Assembly (NCBI GenBank): GCA_031279395.1
Contig: JAITIO010000009.1
Coordinates: 1-60,501 of the forward strand
Length of the DNA stretch: 60,501 bases
Reading direction: 5' to 3'
DNA from: Puniceicoccales bacterium
GTDB lineage: Bacteria > Verrucomicrobiota > Verrucomicrobiia > Opitutales > JAIRKQ01
Of the stretch, positions 49,985 to 59,212 are shown piece after piece (the first letter of the stretch is position 1; every line of letters starts with the position of its first letter). The position numbers were made by a program, and so were the translations under genes. Under the pieces are notes generated by a model. It was not told where the DNA came from and made no database searches. It saw only the letters and a program-made list of their open reading frames with translations.

Positions 49985-50386
49985 ATGTCTGAATCAACTA
50001 TACAAACGCCGGTAAGAGTAAGGCCGACTAGTACTGCAACACCTCAAATAAGCCCAGAATCAGCCAATGATTTAATGAATCTAGTCAGTAAACCTGCAAA
50101 AACTAAACGAGTTACCGCGAACATAGTACCAGTCCCAAACCCAGATGGAACTGTAAGCCTACAAATGGATAATATAAAAAAGAAAAAATCTCTTTCAGAG
50201 AGGGCAGTTACCACACTGCGCGTCACAGAAACGGGAGAAACCATTGCAGCCCTTGGATCCGTCGCCTTTGGACTATATTCCATTTTTACAGGTAATGCAG
50301 CTGTAGGATACCCTTCTGTAGCTGGTGGAGCCGGTGTATTGTGGAAGCTTGCAGAATCAAAAATTGTCGATTGGATGAAAAAATAA
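49985..50386 (+). CDS. Small hypothetical protein with a polar N-terminal half and a C-terminal double hydrophobic segment
   Basis: 133 aa. The N-terminus is rich in S/T/P/K, followed by IAALGSVAFGLYSIFTGNAAVGYPSVAGGAGVLW. Confidence 0.5.
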   Translation: MSESTIQTPVRVRPTSTATPQISPESANDLMNLVSKPAKTKRVTANIVPVPNPDGTVSLQMDNIKKKKSLSERAVTTLRVTETGETIAALGSVAFGLYSIFTGNAAVGYPSVAGGAGVLWKLAESKIVDWMKK

Positions 50387-50431
50387 ACCATCCACGATTA
50401 TATAAGCTTGTATATTTGCACAAATGTGTTA

Positions 50432-52231
50432 CTATGATGATTTCAAGATCTTTAGGAAGGCATCTTGGGGAATTGAAACCTTGCCAATCTGTTTCATCCT
50501 TTTCTTGCCTTCCTTCTGTTTATCTAGCAATTTTCTTTTCCGAGAAATGTCACCTCCATAGCATTTAGCCGTAACATCTTTTCGCAGAGCCCCAAGTGTT
50601 TCCCGGGCAACAACATTGTTCCCAATGGCAGCCTGTATCGCGACTTTGAAAAGTTGGCGGGGTAATAGTTCTTTTAATTTTTCACACATTTCACGGCCTC
50701 GAGATGTTGCTTTCGTCCGGTGAACAATTGATGAAAATGCATCGACCGAATCCCCGTTGACAAGGATGTCCAGGCGCACAAGGTCGGATTGAATATATGC
50801 TCCAAAGTCGTAATCCATCGAGCCATAGCCCCGTGTAATGCTCTTCAGCCTGTCGTTAAAATCTATCAAGATTTCATTCAGGGGGAGATTGCAGGATAGA
50901 ATCACTTTGTTGGTATCCAACGTTTCGGTCCCATTGCATTCTCCACGCTTTTCACTGATCAGTGCGAGAATGTCCCCGATCGAGGCATTGGGAATGTGAA
51001 TCTTTGCACATATGGTCGGTTCATGAATTTCGGAGATATGCGATGGGTCAGGCAATTTTAAAGGATTATCAACCTCCATCCAGCTATCATCCGTTAGTTT
51101 TACCTCATAGACAACGCTTGGATAGGTAGAAATGATGTCCAAATCATATTCGCGCCGCAAGCGTTCTTGGACGATGTCCATGTGCAGCAGTCCGAGAAAA
51201 CCACAGCGAAATCCAAATCCTAGGGCGATGGAACTTTCCGATTGATAGACGAGGGAAGCATCATTCAATTGCAATTTTGCCAGGCTGGATTTCAATTTTT
51301 CAAAATCATTGGTATCGATGGGATATATGCCACTAAATACCATTGGGCGGACATCTTTGTAGCCGGATAGCATCTCATTGGCTGGATCATTTGCCAGCGT
51401 TATGGTGTCACCAATTTTAACTTCCGAAACATTCCGGATATTAGCAATAATATATCCTATTTGACCTTCGCTGAGAATGTCCATCGGACGCATTTTAGGA
51501 CAAAAACATCCAACTTCCTTGACCACATTACTCATCCCACTACGCATCATGTAAATGGTATCACCCACTTTTAAAGATCCTGAAAATATCCTAACATGGC
51601 AAATCACCCCCTTGTATTGGTCGAAGATGGAATCGAAAATCAATGCACGGGTTTGGGAAATCTTTTGTACCGGAGGAGCTGGAATTCTATCGACTATCGC
51701 ATTTAGGATGTCGTCGATGCCAATGTCCGACTTCGCACTTGCCAACAGAGTTTCCTCCCTGGGAATGGTCAAAACATCTTCCAGCTGGCGCATAACGTCT
51801 TCCACGTGTGCTCCCGGCAGATCTATCTTGTTAATCACCGGAATGATGGTCAATCCATGGGCCATTGCTAGATTTGCATTGGCCACGGTTTGTGCCTCAA
51901 TGCCCTGGGATGCGTCGATCAATAGCAGAGCACCTTCGCAGGCTGCCAAACTTCTCGAAACCTCGTAGGAAAAATCCACATGGCCGGGTGTATCGTTCAG
52001 GTTCAACAGAAACTTCCCCTTGGTCGGGTGATCATATCTCATCGAAACCGGGTGATTTTTAATCGTTATGCCTCGTTCACGCTCCAGATCCATGGAATCC
52101 AGCAACTGATCTTGCATCTCCCGCCTAACAACCGTATTCGTATGCTCAAGCAACCGGTCAGAGAGAGTAGTTTTACCATGGTCAACGTGTGCAATGATGC
52201 AAAAATTCCTTATTTTGTTTATCGTATCCAT
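50432..52231 (-). CDS. lepA: Elongation factor 4 (LepA)
   Basis: IRNFCIIAHVDHGKTTLSDRLL, DTPGHVDF and the LepA-specific C-terminal domain (..YGGDISRKRKLLDKQKEGKKRMK). Confidence 0.97.
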   Translation of the reverse strand: MDTINKIRNFCIIAHVDHGKTTLSDRLLEHTNTVVRREMQDQLLDSMDLERERGITIKNHPVSMRYDHPTKGKFLLNLNDTPGHVDFSYEVSRSLAACEGALLLIDASQGIEAQTVANANLAMAHGLTIIPVINKIDLPGAHVEDVMRQLEDVLTIPREETLLASAKSDIGIDDILNAIVDRIPAPPVQKISQTRALIFDSIFDQYKGVICHVRIFSGSLKVGDTIYMMRSGMSNVVKEVGCFCPKMRPMDILSEGQIGYIIANIRNVSEVKIGDTITLANDPANEMLSGYKDVRPMVFSGIYPIDTNDFEKLKSSLAKLQLNDASLVYQSESSIALGFGFRCGFLGLLHMDIVQERLRREYDLDIISTYPSVVYEVKLTDDSWMEVDNPLKLPDPSHISEIHEPTICAKIHIPNASIGDILALISEKRGECNGTETLDTNKVILSCNLPLNEILIDFNDRLKSITRGYGSMDYDFGAYIQSDLVRLDILVNGDSVDAFSSIVHRTKATSRGREMCEKLKELLPRQLFKVAIQAAIGNNVVARETLGALRKDVTAKCYGGDISRKRKLLDKQKEGKKRMKQIGKVSIPQDAFLKILKSS

Positions 52232-52317
52232 GGAGTTCTGTGGCTCACAAAATTGACAAAATAATGTATTTTGTAAAGTAGATATGACGGAGATCTCCCT
52301 TTCACGATCAATGTGGA

Positions 52318-53382
52318 TCAGTTTGACACGTTCATATTCATATCTTCATCCACATTTTCCGCTAAAACTGTTCCTCCGGAAACGTGAACAATTTTCTTAA
52401 TTTCTTCTTCCAACGATTTTGCCGTGTCGGGATTGTTTTTAAGGTATTGTTTGGCGGCTTCGCGCCCCTGACCAATGAGTTTGCCGTTGTGGGCAATCCA
52501 AGCCCCCTTCTTTTCCAAAATTTTATGCTCAAGTCCTAGGTCTATGATCGAACCAGTCTTGGAAATCCCTTCGTCAAACATTATGTCGAATTCACATTCG
52601 GTAAACGGTGCAGCTACTTTATTTTTTACGATTTTTACCCGTGTTCTGTTCCCCGTAACTTTTCCGGAACTCTCCTTTATTTGCCCCGTCCTGCGAATGT
52701 CGAGCCTAACGGAAGCAAAAAATTTTAATGCTCTGCCACCCGGTGTTGTTTCCGGATTGCCAAACATCACCCCAATTTTTTCTCGGATTTGATTTGTAAA
52801 TATACACACACATCTGGACTTGCTGATGGCGGATGTCAAACGACGCATGGCTTGACTCATCATTCTGGCTTGGGATCCAACCGTTACGTCTCCCATTTGG
52901 CCATCGAGTTCTGCTTTGCTTATTAGGGCAGCAACGGAATCAACGACGACGACGTCGACGGCCCCAGATCGGATTAGTGTTTCCGTTATATTTAACGCAT
53001 CCTCCCCGTTTTCGGGTTGTGCCACCATAAGGCTATCCAAATCAACACCCACAACCTTGGCGTATCTTGGGTCAAGGGCATGCTCCACGTCGATGAATAC
53101 GGCATTTCCGCCTCCTCTTTGGGCTTCCGCTATGAGACTTAGGCAAAATGTCGTTTTACCCGAAGATTCTGGACCAAAAATTTCACAAATTCTGCCCCGG
53201 GGAAGCCCTCCCACTCCGAGTGCCAAATCAAGGGCGAGAGATCCCGTGGAAATAACAGAAACGTCCATTTTTTTCGCGTTTCCCAGCTTCATGATGGAGC
53301 CTTCCCCGAACTGCTTATTTATTGCGGCCATAGCCTGCTCAAGTGTGTTCGGATCTCTCGGGTCCTTTGCATCGCTTTTCAT
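52318..53382 (-). CDS. recA: Recombinase RecA
   Basis: [10 protein letters not shown], Walker [20 protein letters not shown] and [22 protein letters not shown]. Confidence 0.97.
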   Translation of the reverse strand: MKSDAKDPRDPNTLEQAMAAINKQFGEGSIMKLGNAKKMDVSVISTGSLALDLALGVGGLPRGRICEIFGPESSGKTTFCLSLIAEAQRGGGNAVFIDVEHALDPRYAKVVGVDLDSLMVAQPENGEDALNITETLIRSGAVDVVVVDSVAALISKAELDGQMGDVTVGSQARMMSQAMRRLTSAISKSRCVCIFTNQIREKIGVMFGNPETTPGGRALKFFASVRLDIRRTGQIKESSGKVTGNRTRVKIVKNKVAAPFTECEFDIMFDEGISKTGSIIDLGLEHKILEKKGAWIAHNGKLIGQGREAAKQYLKNNPDTAKSLEEEIKKIVHVSGGTVLAENVDEDMNMNVSN

Positions 53383-53466
53383 GCTAGAGATGGATAATAT
53401 TGAAAATTAAACAATCAAGCACCATTTTTTTATGGCTTTTAAATGAAAACAACTTAGTATGAGGTA

Positions 53467-53868
53467 ATGAGTGGTTTATTTTTTGACAGGAAAGACTTTG
53501 GTAAATTATTTATCCGGTTGGTTTTTGGTATAGCTTTAGCAGTTAAGGGTGTCGCGTTTCTCGTAAAGGGACCATCGTCCCTAACCTTGTTGGGTAGTAT
53601 TTTAGGCATAATTGGTGTTACATTTTTTCCATTGTACCTAGGATGGGCAGTTGCCGTATGCCATGTTGTGTGTGGCATAATGATAGCCATCGGAGTATTT
53701 TTTAAAACAAGCACATTTTTATTTGGAACGTTTTTTCTGTTGGAAGCGATTCTCGAGTATCAGACGGGAAGCGATCCGATTAAGGAAGTAGCCTATCCCG
53801 TAATGTTGGCGGCTGTAATGTACGGATTTGTGTTTATCGGTTCGGGGACATATTCCATACACAAGTGA
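53467..53868 (+). CDS. DoxX-family membrane protein
   Basis: 133 aa with four TM segments. It starts FGKLFIRLVFGIALAVKG.., as in DoxX proteins. The ATG is preceded by GAGG. Confidence 0.55.
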   Translation: MSGLFFDRKDFGKLFIRLVFGIALAVKGVAFLVKGPSSLTLLGSILGIIGVTFFPLYLGWAVAVCHVVCGIMIAIGVFFKTSTFLFGTFFLLEAILEYQTGSDPIKEVAYPVMLAAVMYGFVFIGSGTYSIHK

Positions 53869-53902
53869 TAATGTTCCACGGTTAATCGCAATAAAAAAAG
53901 TC

Positions 53903-54271
53903 ATGTATAACTTACCCATAACATTAATTCTGGGGGAAGTATTGGCTACACCTACCCAAATAAGTGTCGCATCGATGGTGGTGCGTACTGCCATATTTCT
54001 ATCTTTGCTGGCCCTGGGTGGCTATTTCTTTGTCCAATTTCATAGGCGTGGATATTTTTGTAATTATAAAAATTCGTCAAAGGTCAGTTGCGATGAAATT
54101 AAAGTCGTTGCCGTACGCATCCTAAGTGGCAGGAAATATCTGACGGTCATCGAACATTACGGCAAGCGTTTTCTATTGGCTTTGACCAATGATAAAATCG
54201 AGAAGCTGTCCGAATGGAATCTAGGAATTCCCTCACCATCGGAAACGGAAGTGGATAGCAAGAAACTATAA
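53903..54271 (+). CDS. FliO-like small membrane protein (orphan)
   Basis: One TM segment (VRTAIFLSLLALGGYFFV) followed by IKVVAVRILSGRKYLTVIEHYGKRFLLALTNDKIEKLSEW. This matches the FliO core pattern L.....LG.....V.V.V.....LLGVT...I..L as I recall it. Confidence 0.5.
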   Translation: MYNLPITLILGEVLATPTQISVASMVVRTAIFLSLLALGGYFFVQFHRRGYFCNYKNSSKVSCDEIKVVAVRILSGRKYLTVIEHYGKRFLLALTNDKIEKLSEWNLGIPSPSETEVDSKKL

Positions 54272-54293
54272 ACTCCGTGGCAGATGCCGAATG

Positions 54294-55016
54294 TTAGAAA
54301 TTGGTGAGTTGATCCAAAACACTTAGTGCATATAGGGCAGCGGTTTCTGATCGCAGGACGTTGCGATGTGTCAACCTACATTCAATAAAACCATTCCCTA
54401 TTAGGTGGGCATATTCGGATGGAGAAAAATCCCCCTCTGGACCTATGGCCATACAAATATTCGATTCCGGAGGATGGGGTAAAAGGACTTTTTTTATCGG
54501 TTGAGAATTTTCTTTCAATCCACCAAAAAGTTTTGTGCCAAATGGCAACAAGTTGATGGATTCAAGCTTTTCAAAATATGAAATTTTTGGAAAAAATGGG
54601 TTCCCGGATTGTTTACATGCTTCAATGGCAGTTTGCTTCCAGCGGAGCAATTTATTATCTATTTTCCCCCTCAGTTTACATTCCGTATGCTGTGCCTCAA
54701 AAAATATTATTTCCGCCACTCCCATCGCCGTTGCTTCACGCACAATATGGTCATTGTTGCTGTTTTTTAATACAGCTTGGAGAAGAATTATTGGATGATT
54801 TGGGGGTTCAAATTTGTCTATTCTTTCAATCCTAATTTGTGCACATTTCCCATCTACCGCAATTAATGTACCGTAGGCGTGAAATCCCTTGCCGTTCAAC
54901 ACAGTAACTGTTGATCCAATTCGTACACGCATAACACTGCACAGGTGATGGCTTTCAGAGGGAGAAAGCTCCAACATCCCAATTTCCATATCATCCTCAT
55001 AGAAACATTTATGCAT
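54294..55016 (-). CDS. rsmE: 16S rRNA (uracil1498-N3)-methyltransferase RsmE
   Basis: LSPSESHHLCSVMRVRIGSTV N-terminal PUA-like motif and IGPEGDFSPSE...LRSETAAL C-terminal SPOUT motifs. Start at the ATG at 55016. Confidence 0.82.
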   Translation of the reverse strand: MHKCFYEDDMEIGMLELSPSESHHLCSVMRVRIGSTVTVLNGKGFHAYGTLIAVDGKCAQIRIERIDKFEPPNHPIILLQAVLKNSNNDHIVREATAMGVAEIIFFEAQHTECKLRGKIDNKLLRWKQTAIEACKQSGNPFFPKISYFEKLESINLLPFGTKLFGGLKENSQPIKKVLLPHPPESNICMAIGPEGDFSPSEYAHLIGNGFIECRLTHRNVLRSETAALYALSVLDQLTNF

Positions 55017-55082
55017 AAATATTTTATTTGCCAAGTTTATGCAAAATATTTTGCTCACTTCAACAATTTGCAGATACGCAAT

Positions 55083-55709
55083 ATGAAAAACAATGACAAT
55101 GGCCTAGGCGAAGCGTTTCAATCGGTGGAATCGAACAATCGCATATGGCTATTTTTTCAAAAAAATTCCAAAACAGTTTTAACCATCGCGGAAATTATGG
55201 TTACGATTGCAGTGGTATTTTGCTTTCAAAAACTATGGTTGAACCATGAAATTGCCGGTATGGGAAAGGCATACACTTCCTTTAAAACCAAGGAAGACAA
55301 AATACGTTTCATTAAAAAATATAAAAAGTACCCATTGGCGGGAGCGGTATCGTTGCTCCTCGGCGATGAGTATTTGGAAAGTTTGGAATACGAATCTGCC
55401 AAATCAGCGTATAAAAACGCTGGAACAATTTTAAAACATCACCTATTGTTTCCGCGTGCCGTAATCGGTCAGGCCATGGCGGAATATAAATCAAACAATA
55501 CCGTAGGTGCTGAAAAACTTTTAAATTCCGTAATTTATGATAGAAAATTCGATAGGGTTTTCAGAGGAAGTGCAGTCTATGCCCTAGCAAATATGCTGAA
55601 AAACGAGCGGAAGTTCGAGCAATTGGATTCCCTGTTTCAGGATGTAAACAACATCGATCTAAGCCAAGAATTTGTTGATACGATCCATAAAGTTCTCGAA
55701 GGAAATTAG
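55083..55709 (+). CDS. Membrane-anchored TPR-like protein (YfgM-like architecture)
   Basis: An N-terminal TM segment (VLTIAEIMVTIAVVFCF) followed by helical repeats (LLLGDEYLESLEYESAKSAYKNA..). Weak family call. Confidence 0.4.
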   Translation: MKNNDNGLGEAFQSVESNNRIWLFFQKNSKTVLTIAEIMVTIAVVFCFQKLWLNHEIAGMGKAYTSFKTKEDKIRFIKKYKKYPLAGAVSLLLGDEYLESLEYESAKSAYKNAGTILKHHLLFPRAVIGQAMAEYKSNNTVGAEKLLNSVIYDRKFDRVFRGSAVYALANMLKNERKFEQLDSLFQDVNNIDLSQEFVDTIHKVLEGN

Positions 55710-55792
55710 GGAATAGATAATCAAAATATTGCATGGACAGTTTTTCTCTTGTAAAAGTATGGCGATTTCATTGCTTGAAGTTGCATTCAGAT

Positions 55793-55866
55793 GGCGCGAT
55801 AGCCAAGTGGTAAGGCCGAGGTCTGCAAAACCTTTATCATCGGTTCGATTCCGATTCGCGCCTCCA
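55793..55866 (+). tRNA. tRNA-Cys (anticodon GCA), CCA encoded
   Basis: GGCGCGA/TCGCGCC acceptor stem, a 3-bp D stem, anticodon loop CTGCAAA, T arm ATCGG-TTCGATT-CCGAT and U73. Confidence 0.92.
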
Positions 55867-55939
55867 GGACACAAAGTCGCATGAATAAATGCCTGGCGGG
55901 GGATGAGAAAAGCTAAAAGCAAGGGCAAAGATGAACTTT

Positions 55940-55961
55940 ATGTATAAAAAATGTATAAAAA
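55940..55961 (+). repeat. Perfect tandem duplication ATGTATAAAAA x2
   Basis: 55940..55950 and 55951..55961 are identical. The repeat lies 74 nt after tRNA-Cys and upstream of the first HTH gene, so it may be an operator or arm-type site. Confidence 0.6.
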
Positions 55962-56030
55962 TCTTGTCTCAAAAAATATGAATCCATAAAGCTTTTCAAA
56001 AATTTTGTTAAAATTTCTTGAGTATTTACA

Positions 56031-56284
56031 GTGTTTTTACACGTTACTATTCATGGCGAGCAGCGAACAGCTAAAGATTGTAATGAAAAACTGCTAGATG
56101 TCAAGGAAGCAGCGGAATTTCTTAGAGTAAAAACAGACACTCTGTTACTTTGGCTATATACAAATAAATACCCCCAACTAAAATCCATAAAGATGGAAGA
56201 TATAGAAGGTTTCTAAGACAAGACCTCGTCAAGTTCATAAAGTCTCTGTCCCGTACCAACGCAGAATGGAGGAGGAAGTCATGA
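56031..56284 (+). pseudogene. Excisionase/AlpA-type HTH gene with a frameshift
   Basis: The frame A ORF gives LLDVKEAAEFLRVKTDTLLLW..YPQLKSIK and then stops. The expected wing DGRYRRFLRQDLVKFIKSL continues in the -1 frame from the AAA run at 56189..56191. It ends with a TGA overlapping the next ATG (56281). Confidence 0.6.
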
Positions 56285-56721
56285 GCGAAAATCTCCAACC
56301 GTCGGAGGAAAGCCGTACCTTTCTTACCCCCAAAGAAGCAGCGGAATACCTGAGGGTTCTACCAGAGACATTACTAGAACACCAGAACGAGATTCCGTCC
56401 CATAAACCTTATGGATTTCTATACTACATAAAGGAAGAGCTGGATGAGCTAGTTCGCCCATATACCAAATATGGGGAATTCTCCATATTTGAAAGTGAAA
56501 ATGGGCCCACCTACCTAACCCTTGTGGAAGCGGCGGAGTATTTGAACGTGTCAACGGAAGACATGTCAACGGAATACTTCAAATGTATTCCTTCCTATGA
56601 ATTTTTCGGACATCGGCTCTACAAGAAAAAAGAACTAGATAGGTTGTTTAGTATGGGACGTGCGGTTATACACTGCAAAGTTACTGATTGTGAGCCCGAT
56701 GAAGACGAAAATGACCTATGA
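56281..56721 (+). CDS. Protein with two tandem excisionase-type HTH modules
   Basis: FLTPKEAAEYLRVLPETLLEH..YYIKEELDELV and YLTLVEAAEYLNVSTEDM..RLYKKKELDRLF. The ATG at 56281 is preceded by GGAGGAGGAAG. Confidence 0.6.
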   Translation: MSENLQPSEESRTFLTPKEAAEYLRVLPETLLEHQNEIPSHKPYGFLYYIKEELDELVRPYTKYGEFSIFESENGPTYLTLVEAAEYLNVSTEDMSTEYFKCIPSYEFFGHRLYKKKELDRLFSMGRAVIHCKVTDCEPDEDENDL

Positions 56722-57762
56722 TCTGGACAAGTTGAAGGGGGCTATCTTCCCGTGCTTTAGCATTCTGTGCATACCTCTTCCCAAAAGGGAAAGGAGTCTG
56801 TGGGGAATATGCGGTAGGGTCGCTGGGAGGAGAACCCGGGAAAAGCTTAAAAATTCGACTGACAGGTTCCAAAGCTGGTATGTGGAAAGACTTTGCGACG
56901 GGGGAGAGTGGGAACAACCTCCTCGACCTACTGTGCAAGGTGCGGGGCAGAGACTTCTATGATGTTTGCAGGGAAGCGGCGAACTGGCTGAGCTACGGAG
57001 AAAACTTTTACGACTTCGATGCCGTAAAGAAGACAAATATGCTGGAGACGGAACGGAAAGATAAAATGCCAAAATACCACCCCTTCCATGACCTGAAAGA
57101 TGGTAACTTTTCTGACCTTTTGCAGCTTGCCCACAGCATGGAAGTCGCTATTGCTGGCGAAGGGAGATGACATACTGAAGTTTTTCAATCACCCGGTGAA
57201 TGGCCGCTGCTGGAGTATAGTCCATGGGGAAAATTTCGTCCTACAGGACAGGAGGTTGGATGGCAAGCCGTTTATCTTCCAAGACAACGCAACGGCGAAG
57301 GCGAGAACGCTGGGATTTCCTGGCTGCCCAATCGGCATACCGACGGACAAACCGGTAATTGCACTGGTGGAAGGGTCATCCGACATCCTCGCCGCCTACT
57401 CCCTGATCTTCGCCGAAGGTGTGGAAACCATGGTGACCCCCGTTGCCATGCTTGGTGCTTCCAATAACATCCACCGGTCCTCCCTCCAACACTTCCAGGG
57501 CAAACATGTCCTCGGGTTCCCGGACTACGACTTTGCTGGCATAAACGGCATGGCACGTTGGGAAAAGCAGTTGGATGGTGTAGCTGCCACCTTTAAGGTC
57601 TTCGACTACGACGGACTATGATGGGATGATGGGAAACCCATCAAGGATTTGATAGATTTTTTGAGGGTCGATGTTGACCAGTGGGAAAAGGAACAGGACG
57701 TCCAATCCCCACTAGCTTCTTTCATTTGCCCTTTACTTGATAAAAACAAAGAAAGATTATGA
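56711..57762 (+). pseudogene. Toprim-domain primase-like gene with two frameshifts and one in-frame TGA
   Basis: The sensible reading changes frame between 56736 and 56765 (MTYDLDKLKG.. then ..AFCAYLFPKGKGVCGEYAVGSLGGEPGKSLKIRLTGSKAGMWKDFATGESGNNLLDLL). It changes again near 57150..57168 (to ..VIALVEGSSDILAAYS..GFPDYDFAG, a Toprim E and DxD). A TGA at 57619..57621 is followed by 46 more in-frame codons (WDDGKPIKDLIDFL..). Confidence 0.65.
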
Positions 57763-58844
57763 ATAATAATGATGACACCACAAATATTGAAAGAGTCAAG
57801 AATATTCAAGAATATTCTAACTACTTTTTAGTCATCGGGGATAAGAATGAAAATGAGATGAAAAATAATGATGGCGGGGATGAAAGCGATGATTTTCCTC
57901 AAGAAAATTTCTTTGACGAAACGGAAATGTGTAATAGTCCATTTTTGCAAATGAACATTGCGGAAAGAGAACAAATACTGTCCCATTGGTTAAAGACTGG
58001 TAGCCTGGGATATATTTTTGGTGTGAGAGGTTCTGGAAAGACATGGTTCGTATGGAAAATGGCAATCTGCATAAGCAAAGGAGAAGATTTTGGACCGTGG
58101 AGATGTAAAAGACCGTGGAGAACATTGTATGTTGATGAGGAAATGCCTCTGAAATCCATGCAGGAACGGTTACAGTTGCTAGATCCCAGCCTCGATAAGG
58201 ACCTAATATTGATATCCCATGAAGTCGTGGCAATGAAAAAGAGTATTCTCCTAAATCTTGGAAATAAGGACCAACAGGACATGCTGCTAGATTACTGCCT
58301 AAGGCGGAATATCAAGGTGGTGTTTCTAGACAACCTATCTTGCCTGTTCTATGGAATGAGGGAAAATGAGGCCGATGATTGGGAGAAGGTATCTCCCTGG
58401 CTTCTAAAATTTCGCCAGAACGGTATTTCCGTGGTCATTTTGTACCATGCCAATCGGGAAGGTACCGCCATGCGTGGGACGTCGAGAAGGGAGGATGCTG
58501 CTTTTTGGGTAATCCAGATTTCGAAAAATCACAACGGAAATGACAAAAAGAAAGGGACGTTCTTCACCACCACCTTCGAAAAAAATCGGGAAGATGATGG
58601 CGGCATGGAAAGAAAGCTAGACTGGTCATTTATCACTGAAAATGGAAAAACTCAAGTAACATGCGTTCCCACCGATACCAAGATATTGGTTTATGATGCA
58701 GTTAAGAGCGGTATGGGTTCGTGTTCGGACATAGCGGAGTATTTGGGCATTACCAAAGGAAGTGTGTCACAATTTGCTACACAGTTGATAGCTGATAGAC
58801 TAATAAAAAAGCAGGGAAATCTATATGTGCCCGCCCAACGTTAA
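57759..58844 (+). CDS. RecA-fold AAA_25/RepA-like helicase-ATPase with a C-terminal winged-helix
   Basis: Walker A FGVRGSGKTW, Walker B VVFLDNLSCL, and ILYHANREGTAMRGTSRREDAAFWVIQI. The C-terminal HTH is CSDIAEYLGITKGSVSQFATQL. The start overlaps the upstream stop (ATGA). Confidence 0.65.
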   Translation: MNNNDDTTNIERVKNIQEYSNYFLVIGDKNENEMKNNDGGDESDDFPQENFFDETEMCNSPFLQMNIAEREQILSHWLKTGSLGYIFGVRGSGKTWFVWKMAICISKGEDFGPWRCKRPWRTLYVDEEMPLKSMQERLQLLDPSLDKDLILISHEVVAMKKSILLNLGNKDQQDMLLDYCLRRNIKVVFLDNLSCLFYGMRENEADDWEKVSPWLLKFRQNGISVVILYHANREGTAMRGTSRREDAAFWVIQISKNHNGNDKKKGTFFTTTFEKNREDDGGMERKLDWSFITENGKTQVTCVPTDTKILVYDAVKSGMGSCSDIAEYLGITKGSVSQFATQLIADRLIKKQGNLYVPAQR

Positions 58845-58875
58845 GATTAGGATGCTTAACTTTCGAAAAGATTTT

Positions 58876-58915
58876 GTTTAGTAAATGGGGGCCTACAGAC
58901 CTCTTTTTACTAAAC
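58876..58915. repeat. Perfect 10-bp inverted repeat GTTTAGTAAA/TTTACTAAAC with a 20-nt loop
   Basis: Arms at 58876..58885 and 58906..58915, 32 nt after the helicase stop. A third near-copy, GTTACTAAAC, is at 58981..58990. A second inverted repeat, AAACAAACG/CGTTTGTTT, is at 58987..58995 and 59033..59041. Confidence 0.6.
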
Positions 58916-59212
58916 ATTTACCAATTTCAAAATTAGGTTTCCTGATTTTATGCAACTTACACGACATCGGTCAATTAGAGGTTACTAAACAAACGGGCAA
59001 AATTTGGAGCCAAAAAACCTTCATTCATTTAACGTTTGTTTGTAAAAATAACTAAGGATTTCTTGTGTAAAAATTTTGGTAAGGGGATAAAAGTTTCGTC
59101 AAGAATTTTTCTTGTGCGTAAAGAAATTGCAAATATCTTTTTTTGGTTATTTTTGCTTGCAATTTGGAAAATTTGTATCAGATTATCTCCCCAGAATTAA
59201 CGAAAGGTTGAT

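Noticed and set aside
55840-55866. Similarity between the tRNA-Cys 3' end and 60288..60316 considered as attL/attR direct repeats bounding the element
   Set aside because: Only GGTTCGATTCC is shared, and this is the near-universal T-loop consensus. The flanking stem and acceptor sequences differ (CCGATTCGCGCCTCCA versus CCCCGTGGGGGTGCCA), so they are not a duplicated att core.
57619-57621. In-frame TGA in the primase-like gene considered as evidence for TGA recoding (Trp or Sec, or genetic code 4)
   Set aside because: TGA clearly terminates well-defined genes in the window, for example the ABC permease at 4217..4219 and the GspE ATPase at 24234..24236. The same gene also carries two frameshifts, so a nonsense mutation in a pseudogene is the simpler reading.
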